Origin: an uncultured Candidatus Binatia bacterium
GTDB taxonomy: Bacteria; Desulfobacterota; Binatia; Bin18
Assembly (NCBI GenBank): GCA_965214605.1
Contig: OZ243961.1
Span: 862,912-926,911 of the forward strand
Direction of reading: 5' to 3'
Length of the DNA: 64,000 nt
Position 1 is the first letter of the stretch. Each line of letters starts with the position of its first letter. Made by a program: the position numbers and the translations under genes. Of this stretch, positions 57,577 through 64,000 are shown in pieces. The notes below the pieces were generated by a model. That model did no database searches. It saw only the letters and a program-made list of their open reading frames with translations, and was not told the origin of the DNA.

Positions 57577-59982
57577 CTAAATCCGCTGTCGCCGGTGTAA
57601 TGCCGTCAGTAGATGATCAAGGAACACTGTGCACATGGTCGTGCTATCGTCTCGCACTAACTCGGCGACCATGGCTTGGCACATATCAGAGTCGTGATCC
57701 TTGACAAGCTCTTGGACACGCTCTGTAATCAATTCCTGAGTTAAGGACTCGGGGGCAGTCCAAGCCTTCTCGAACAATTGATGCAGTGTTATTTGATTCG
57801 GCAACCCCGAGAGATCACGTGTATCAATCCGATAATCCGAAAGTTGTTCCTTTGCCGGATCACGCAGTTTTTTTAAACTCTCCACGGGCGAGTCCTGTTG
57901 AAAAAACAAACGCAACCGTCCAAGGAGCGAATTGCTCGGAAAATTCTTGCTCGGTATCTGCTTGGAGATAAGCATGGCACGCTGCTGCATCTCTGCCAAG
58001 CAACGCGTTCGCACAACGCCCCGCAGAATATCCCGGGGTATCTTCGAGTCAGGCGCCTCGGGGATATCTAGTCTTTCGGGATCGTCAAGCGGTGTTTCTT
58101 TTTTCCCCGTCAATTCGAGGCTGCCCTGACGATTGACGGCAATGCGTCCCATACCCTCTCCCTTACGCAGCCCCAGGCCATCGTGCTCCAGTAGGAAGAG
58201 TACTCCTTGTCGGGGGGCCCGTTGCATGTCGAATACAAAAACACTGCCGGCAGCAATAGCAGGCCACTGCTGCCGTGGCAGCCGCAGGTGGGTGTGATAT
58301 CCGCCAACCAGTTCCGTGCGGGTATAACTGTGCGAAAGTTTTAGTTTCGTTGCAGAGGCGGTATCCAGACCAAGGGCTTCGGCCAACTCACGCTCCGGAA
58401 AACGCGCTTCGGAGTGCCCTTGGTCATTGACAGTCAACAAGGGGGAGAGAGTGGTAATGATCAAACGATTGTCAAGAACCGGCGGCATGATCTTGGAGGG
58501 ACACTGATCAACGAATCCGTCCCACTCGCTGGGCATCTTGTTCAGGGCAAGCGGTGTCTCATCAATCCATTCAAATTTTGCCTCGCCGTACTGTGCGCTG
58601 CGCGAGCGTCCGATCCCTATTGAGTTTACCCCCTGTAACCACGTTTGCAGAGCCTTGAGATCAATATCTGAGCCGAGTACGGCACCTTGAAACGACTGGC
58701 CAGCGCAGATGGCTTCATACATAAAGAACGCACCTCCATCTGCGACTTCTGCGCCTAGAGCACGTCCTTTGCGGCGATCACCAGCACGGGCATGGTGATA
58801 GTTGCGCTCCGTCTTAACCGCCTGTGTTTTCAAACTCCATTGCTCGATCTTGGCGTAGCGGCGATCAAGACGCTGTGTCTGTTCCTCGGTCGATTGTTCC
58901 ACGAAATCTACCAAATGGTCATCGTTCTTGAGTTTGCGTATGGAGTGGGGAATGGGGATCATGCGCTGTGTCTCATCAAATACCTCGGGGTCATCCGCTT
59001 CCGGGTAGGCCGTCAGGAACCGCAAGCCCCCATCAAGAAAGGCGTGATGAAATTCCTTATCCGTTGGTGTATGGCCCGATTGACGTAGGTAGTGCCAAGC
59101 GGCAACCCCCAGTATGTGACCTCCGGGCACGTCCTGCCGGGTCATAACGGTATTCGGGTCACCATCTGCCACCGGGATAACCGCCGGTGCTGTTAAGGTC
59201 AGCCGATAGCGCAGCAAATGGGTGGGAGTTGGGCTGTTTGAACGGGGAGAGGAAACCGTCTGCTTCTTTGGCGTTTGGGATGGCTGAGCAGGGCTGTTCG
59301 CGGTTATTGATGGAAGCGCGTCGTTGCTCAGGGCCTGTCCGGTCAAGTCGCATTCTTGACCGCCCGCGTCGCGGGCAAGCAGGCGGCAACAGACCTTTCC
59401 GAGACCGCGTGTGCGTGCCGTTCCTATGTGTTGCAGAGCGGCGGCACCCAGACTCAATGCCTTGAGCAGTGCTTCGTCAGGAGGCTCAACAAAGCGCAAA
59501 GGAGCACGAAATACCAGGCCCGCTTGTAGGGTGCGGGTAAGGCGCAGAGTATTTTCACGCGCCGCACCGGTCTGGCGGTCAATGGCGGTTTGGGTACGTA
59601 TGTCGGCAAAGTGTTGCACGATGTCGTCAGGGTGCAGTTTTTGAATTTTGTGATGTTGCAGGTAGGCCAACCAGGGCTTTAAGGATGGTGCCTCCTGCAA
59701 CTCTGCATTGGCGATATATAGGCTGGCGTCCCCATCACCGGGTTTTTGCCCCGGCTCACCGAAAATTTGATCTACCGGTATTGACGACTGTCTATTCAAA
59801 GCCCACGCCTCAGCAACATCGCGATAGGCTTCTCGCCACAACCCTTTGAGACGCCTCCCCGGGAGAATGGGCAGCCCCACTTCATCAAAGGCCACGTCTC
59901 GGTCAACCAAGCCCACACGTCCTTCACCGGCAGCGGACGTGAGCGACGATTGCAGTGTGATCTGCAAAACATAATCCGTCAT
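57577..59982 (-). CDS. fused RAMP protein: Cas7-like + Csx10/Cas5-like + helical (Cas11-like) C-terminal region
   Basis: N-terminal RAMP (GLPILPGRRLKGLWREA...GTARTRGLGKV). Second RAMP resembling Csx10 (RQDVPGGHILGVAAWHYL...IGIGRSRSAQYGEAKFEW). About 250 aa of helical tail follow. The ATG lies 3 nt after the cas10 stop. Confidence 0.7.
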   Translation of the reverse strand: MTDYVLQITLQSSLTSAAGEGRVGLVDRDVAFDEVGLPILPGRRLKGLWREAYRDVAEAWALNRQSSIPVDQIFGEPGQKPGDGDASLYIANAELQEAPSLKPWLAYLQHHKIQKLHPDDIVQHFADIRTQTAIDRQTGAARENTLRLTRTLQAGLVFRAPLRFVEPPDEALLKALSLGAAALQHIGTARTRGLGKVCCRLLARDAGGQECDLTGQALSNDALPSITANSPAQPSQTPKKQTVSSPRSNSPTPTHLLRYRLTLTAPAVIPVADGDPNTVMTRQDVPGGHILGVAAWHYLRQSGHTPTDKEFHHAFLDGGLRFLTAYPEADDPEVFDETQRMIPIPHSIRKLKNDDHLVDFVEQSTEEQTQRLDRRYAKIEQWSLKTQAVKTERNYHHARAGDRRKGRALGAEVADGGAFFMYEAICAGQSFQGAVLGSDIDLKALQTWLQGVNSIGIGRSRSAQYGEAKFEWIDETPLALNKMPSEWDGFVDQCPSKIMPPVLDNRLIITTLSPLLTVNDQGHSEARFPERELAEALGLDTASATKLKLSHSYTRTELVGGYHTHLRLPRQQWPAIAAGSVFVFDMQRAPRQGVLFLLEHDGLGLRKGEGMGRIAVNRQGSLELTGKKETPLDDPERLDIPEAPDSKIPRDILRGVVRTRCLAEMQQRAMLISKQIPSKNFPSNSLLGRLRLFFQQDSPVESLKKLRDPAKEQLSDYRIDTRDLSGLPNQITLHQLFEKAWTAPESLTQELITERVQELVKDHDSDMCQAMVAELVRDDSTTMCTVFLDHLLTALHRRQRI

Positions 59983-59985
59983 TCC

Positions 59986-61632
59986 TCATCCCTCTTTGCC
60001 TCCATCACCGGTTGCCGGCGAGGATGTCGGCTTCGTCTCTATATAGAAATCAATTGCCTCAAGCGGATCGAAATACGGTGTCGTGCAATCTGGAGGATCT
60101 CCACCTGTAAAGCCTGTGCCGCGCACGTCTGACGGCGGCAGCTTTATCCCACGCCATTGTGCGCCCTCGACGAAACGTTTGGTTGCAACCGATCCCTGGG
60201 TTAGAACCTGGAGAAGCTCTTTGGCACGGCTGCGGGGCCATTGCGGCGACTGGAACGCTTTCAAAATCGCGACGAACTCACCCCATTTTTCTGGTACTTG
60301 GTAGGGTCGCTGATGTAATGTTTGTCCTTCGAGACTGCGATATTGTGTCTCTCTAAGGACGGAAATTGATCGGGTGGCACCTTCTTGGATGATCTGAAAA
60401 TCCAGCCAACTGCCGGCTCCCTCGTTCCCCGTCTGTTTTTCCTCCCGGCGGCGTTTCTTGGCCAATCCGCAGAGTTCATCGGCAAAGCCGTAAGCACGGG
60501 CAAAGGGAAATTTCGTGGGCACAATGGCCACTCCTGCACAGGCGTCAACGGATTTGTCCTCGTCCAAAACTCTGATCCTGCCCTTGGCAAATTCCTCCAG
60601 ATAGAAAGCCGCTAGATCAAGCCCCAAGCGACCGTCGCAGACAAACGTCAGATCGTCACCGCCGTACACAATGGGACGCAGAGGAAAGATTTGTTCGTCC
60701 TTCAGCGACAGGACATCTTTCAGGTACGGCAGGGCATCTTGTAGATACTTCAAGGTTTTCTCTAAGGCCAAGTGGGACAGATGCGACACAGAGGCCGAAA
60801 ACGCCCGGACGTGATGAAGAAAATCAGCATCACCCTGGTCGTTGCCTATCACCCGATTGAGCAGTTCTCCCATCCCGTTACCGTCGGCATGCACCACGGC
60901 AATATGCGACTGTCCCTCACTGCCACCTAATTTATCAAGTTCAATAGCAAAGCGTTGTCCTTGCTTCAGAATCGATCTAAATTCCCCTGTAATGGCGTTT
61001 TGCGCAGCACCCGGCTGACGTTCAGAGCCAACTTCCTTTTGCTTGCAGGCCGCGGATCGAGATATCCACTGGTTCTCCTCGTATTGTTCTTGACTGGGCT
61101 CGCTCGCCGGGAGGCCCGTAGTGGTGCAAGTGCGAACGACGGGTAAGCCGTGTAATGCGGCCCCAAACGGCAATGCTTCTTCGCAACGGGCCAAACCCTT
61201 CAATGCGGCACGATACGCCTTGGACAATGATCCGTTGACCTCCCCATAGCCAACGGCCACGCGCAGTCCTGGGGCATTTACGAGTAATTCGCGGCTCCAT
61301 GCCGAGACGGTCTTGTTGGCGGTTTCACGGTCTTTGAACAGCAGAGCAGCATTGCCCCCACCTACGTAGAGGAGATTGACATCTTTAGTCGTGTCCGCCG
61401 GCTTTTCAGGTTGAGATATTGAGGAATTTTTTTGGTACGCATCCCATGCAGTCGTGTCAATGGTGCATCCCGTTCGGCGCACAGCCCCGGTCAAGCCTTT
61501 GTCAAGCCAGTGTTTTGCCAGATAGGATGCACCGATGTTCTCTTTCAGGCGGTTGCTCTGAAAGATATACCGCTGAATACCCGCCGTGCCAAAGACCACG
61601 ACACATTGACCTTTACCGATAGAAATTGACAT
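59986..61632 (-). CDS. cas10: Cas10-like polymerase/cyclase subunit without HD domain (548 aa)
   Basis: N-terminus FGTAGIQRYIFQSNRLKENIGASYL, AVVHADGNGMG, and the cyclase motif IVYGGDDLTFVCDG. No H..HD motif at the N-terminus. Start set at the ATG at 61632 (MSISIGKG), preceded by AAGGA. Confidence 0.8.
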   Translation of the reverse strand: MSISIGKGQCVVVFGTAGIQRYIFQSNRLKENIGASYLAKHWLDKGLTGAVRRTGCTIDTTAWDAYQKNSSISQPEKPADTTKDVNLLYVGGGNAALLFKDRETANKTVSAWSRELLVNAPGLRVAVGYGEVNGSLSKAYRAALKGLARCEEALPFGAALHGLPVVRTCTTTGLPASEPSQEQYEENQWISRSAACKQKEVGSERQPGAAQNAITGEFRSILKQGQRFAIELDKLGGSEGQSHIAVVHADGNGMGELLNRVIGNDQGDADFLHHVRAFSASVSHLSHLALEKTLKYLQDALPYLKDVLSLKDEQIFPLRPIVYGGDDLTFVCDGRLGLDLAAFYLEEFAKGRIRVLDEDKSVDACAGVAIVPTKFPFARAYGFADELCGLAKKRRREEKQTGNEGAGSWLDFQIIQEGATRSISVLRETQYRSLEGQTLHQRPYQVPEKWGEFVAILKAFQSPQWPRSRAKELLQVLTQGSVATKRFVEGAQWRGIKLPPSDVRGTGFTGGDPPDCTTPYFDPLEAIDFYIETKPTSSPATGDGGKEG

Positions 61633-61648
61633 AGAAGCATCCTTAATT

Positions 61649-62746
61649 TCATTTCCAATATAAGTCTCGGCGCAGGTAACGTCCAAAATGTCGAGATAGT
61701 TGTTTCCATTTCTTCTTTCCCCAGACTTGCAAGGGCAGCTTTTCACTGCCCGTTTCATCCTGCAATTCTGCTTCGACCCGCTCTATTGCCTTAGGATCAT
61801 AGTTTGCACACAGCACTATGGCACGCGCTTCATCACCGCCGAGTTGTCGCGCCCGTAGAATAGCCTCCATGCCTTTTTCTTTGATCGTGTTTTGACAAAA
61901 ATCAGTGGTGCATGAAACAACAACAATTTGATACCCCAGTACTGCAACTACATCGAGTTCAAAAGGCTTAACCTCTTGATTTCCCTCTCCAGCCCGCCGG
62001 ACGTACACTGTGTGGAAAAGCTCACAATTACGTCGAGATTCATTTTCTTCTGAAATTCGCTGTAGGGCTTCCTCAAAGGCAGCGTATGCACCGTACTCAA
62101 GCCAAAGGGGATTTTTACAGCGATCCTGGAAAAGCGCTTGACGGCCCGCTGTTAATTGTGCTTGATCCGGCGTTGCGGGGCCTGGGCACTCTTTCTTATG
62201 GGAAGCACTTCTCTGCCAATATGTGTGCTCAAATGGTCCGATCGTAAAACCGTTGAGAAGAGCAATGGTCTTAAGACGTGCATCAACTTTTTTGCGGGTA
62301 TCTCCTACAAGTACCCCGTTCCGACTCCTGATTGTTGGTGCTGAAGTGCGCCCCGGATCCAGGTAGGACGCATCTATTTGGACCGCCCGATTGTTTCGCA
62401 GCGTGGCCTCAAGGGCGGCAACGGTTTCCACGCCCATTGCTTGGGTACCACCGGTGTAGTGGATGTGCAAATTAGTGAGGGTGTTGACGGGATTAGTTGG
62501 GTCATTCGACATAGCTTCTTTAATGTCCCTCCGTATCACCTTGGGATCTCCCGCCGACGTTAGGATGGAGCTAAGAAAAGTGGCACCTTCGCAATGACGC
62601 TTCAGCCGCTCTTCTTCAGCCTCCGTGCCCGTCGTACGCACAAATCGCACCTGAACAGGCTGTGGCAATTTGTCTTTCAAATGATGCCAAGCCACCCAGA
62701 CGGGCAGCGGATTGGTCCCGACCGTAAGAATAAGTTGCGTTCCCAT
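61649..62746 (-). CDS. CARF-domain protein with Card1/Can2-like (DUF1887) C-terminal nuclease-fold domain
   Basis: N-terminus LILTVGTNPLP...HIHYTGGTQAMG (CARF Rossmann pattern). C-terminus WLEYGAYAAFEE...FELDVVAVLGYQIVVVSCTT (PD-(D/E)xK-like topology, but S-C-T where E-x-K is expected). ATG at 62746 is preceded by GGAGAA. Confidence 0.6.
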   Translation of the reverse strand: MGTQLILTVGTNPLPVWVAWHHLKDKLPQPVQVRFVRTTGTEAEEERLKRHCEGATFLSSILTSAGDPKVIRRDIKEAMSNDPTNPVNTLTNLHIHYTGGTQAMGVETVAALEATLRNNRAVQIDASYLDPGRTSAPTIRSRNGVLVGDTRKKVDARLKTIALLNGFTIGPFEHTYWQRSASHKKECPGPATPDQAQLTAGRQALFQDRCKNPLWLEYGAYAAFEEALQRISEENESRRNCELFHTVYVRRAGEGNQEVKPFELDVVAVLGYQIVVVSCTTDFCQNTIKEKGMEAILRARQLGGDEARAIVLCANYDPKAIERVEAELQDETGSEKLPLQVWGKKKWKQLSRHFGRYLRRDLYWK

Positions 62747-62948
62747 GACGATTTTCTCCGTGTGAGTGAACGAGAAGTAAAGGCTCTTGGACGACGGCAA
62801 CTACCCAACGGGTCAACCAGTGACGGCGCAACAAATGGAGAGTATTTCGCTCAAGCGGGATACGTTCCACGGCGACTGGAATTACAGCCCTGCACCAAGA
62901 GGAGACCTGCAAATAACCAATTTATTTTGGCGGGATGCCCAACCTGAC

Positions 62949-64000
62949 TTATGGGTTGTAAGGCAATCCTTTTTTGGCCGTCACTTCCGGGAGCGCGACC
63001 TTCTTACCCTTCTTATTTTGTGCACCTCTCTCATTATGCGTAAACCATTTAAAGTTCTCGCCTTCCGGGTTCGGGTTGGGTCGCAGACGAGGATAGTGAA
63101 TGGGCCCGTCTTCCTTCGGACCTCTTAGAACTTGCTTTAACCCCTTGATGAAAGACAAGGCGTCATAAGTGTTCTCGACGCTGGACCCAGGGGAGGTGTA
63201 TGCAGCTACCATGCCGGCTTTGAAGGCCTGAATATGGGTGTTTCGTCGATCGTCATCCAGCTTTGCGGGCAAAGACGCATTAAAGGCGGCATAGTACTCT
63301 TCTTTCCAGTCTTTACCGGTGCCAAGCGGCAGACACCCGTTTACGCATCGTTCCTCATCAACTTCCATCCTCACGCTGCCAAAACCCAAGGGCTTGCCAT
63401 ACCCCAGCCTGAAGTAATGATCTTCGGGAAGCGACAGCAGCCACAGCAATGCGCCGACCTCTTCGGGTTGCAGATTTTGCATGTACAAAGTCGCCTTGAA
63501 AACGGTAGCAGGTTTGATCCAGCCTGTGATGGATCGGTTCTGAGAATCGGTTTGCGGCTGACCATTTGCCCCATTGGGGCGGCGGTATTCCTGGTATCGA
63601 CCGTTTGTCTTGCGTTGTGTTCGATCCTCAACCGACGGCTTCCAATAGTCCAGGGCCTGGATGACTTCCAATCCTTTGTGGTGCCAGTATTGCTTGCGCC
63701 CCCGCAAGCCCTTGTCTTTGCTATAGCCGGCGTCCTGCTTGCTAATTCCGTCGTTTTGCGGATTACCCCGCTCATCCTCAGCAACGTAGAAACGGCCCTG
63801 TGCCGGTTTCGGTTGTCCCAGGATCGTCAATGGCATGGTTTGGCCATCCTCAAAGCGTTCGATGATGCTTGGGCGTGGGCCATCCTCACAGACGACACGT
63901 ATACGGCCCTTGTAGCCTCCGTCACTTCCTTGGCCTTGTAGTGTCCACCCGAACAACCGGTCCGCGGGGGACAACTCACTCAGGTTCTTGGCCGGACGAA
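62949..64000 (-). CDS. large RAMP protein (Cas7 with insertion, TIGR03986-like), C-terminal part; gene continues beyond the window end
   Basis: ...SPADRLFGW... and ...FRLGYGKPLGFGSVRMEV (G-rich loop), with a long charged insertion between them. The reading frame is open to position 64000. Confidence 0.7.
   Translation of the reverse strand, partial: RPAKNLSELSPADRLFGWTLQGQGSDGGYKGRIRVVCEDGPRPSIIERFEDGQTMPLTILGQPKPAQGRFYVAEDERGNPQNDGISKQDAGYSKDKGLRGRKQYWHHKGLEVIQALDYWKPSVEDRTQRKTNGRYQEYRRPNGANGQPQTDSQNRSITGWIKPATVFKATLYMQNLQPEEVGALLWLLSLPEDHYFRLGYGKPLGFGSVRMEVDEERCVNGCLPLGTGKDWKEEYYAAFNASLPAKLDDDRRNTHIQAFKAGMVAAYTSPGSSVENTYDALSFIKGLKQVLRGPKEDGPIHYPRLRPNPNPEGENFKWFTHNERGAQNKKGKKVALPEVTAKKGLPYNP

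Overview
High-GC bacterial chromosomal segment in two parts. Positions 1-10.3 kb hold ordinary, intact metabolic genes: crotonase, DMT transporter, SnoaL-like protein, LLM oxidoreductase, 2-hydroxyacid dehydrogenase, NudC, thiolase, nitronate monooxygenase and amidohydrolase. The only oddity there is a 1.4 kb ORF-poor, hairpin-rich gap at 4.55-5.96 kb. From 10.28 kb to the window end lies an accessory, defence-type island of more than 53 kb, where a few large intact genes sit among many decayed ones. Intact modules: (i) a DprA-like gene next to a frameshifted PRTase (ShosTA-like); (ii) an SNF2/DUF3883 helicase, a DUF1156 DPPY methyltransferase and a DUF499 P-loop ATPase (Hma/MADS-like); (iii) an orphan 1260-aa protein whose only recognisable feature is a C-terminal PD-(D/E)xK motif, bracketed by diverged ~1 kb direct repeats; (iv) AbiEi with a broken AbiEii; (v) a 700-aa reverse transcriptase with a helical-repeat C-terminus, directly behind a brxL remnant; (vi) a DUF262/HNH (GmrSD-like) protein; (vii) AlpA, ImmA and HigBA; (viii) an SDH-family Clp-fold protease; (ix) a type III-D-like CRISPR effector module with fused RAMP subunits, an HD-less Cas10 and a CARF/Card1-like protein. 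This module is separated by IS and integrase debris from two different 2-repeat mini-arrays and a start-less cas2. Remnants recognised: McrC, a sacsin-like GHKL ATPase, IS1595, IS630, an IS4/IS701-like element, SIR2-like, AbiEi_3, KAP NTPase, OLD/TOPRIM, BrxL, a DptH/HerA-like ATPase and two integrases. No rRNA or tRNA gene was recognised. All family calls come from motif and pattern recognition on the translations, not from database searches.
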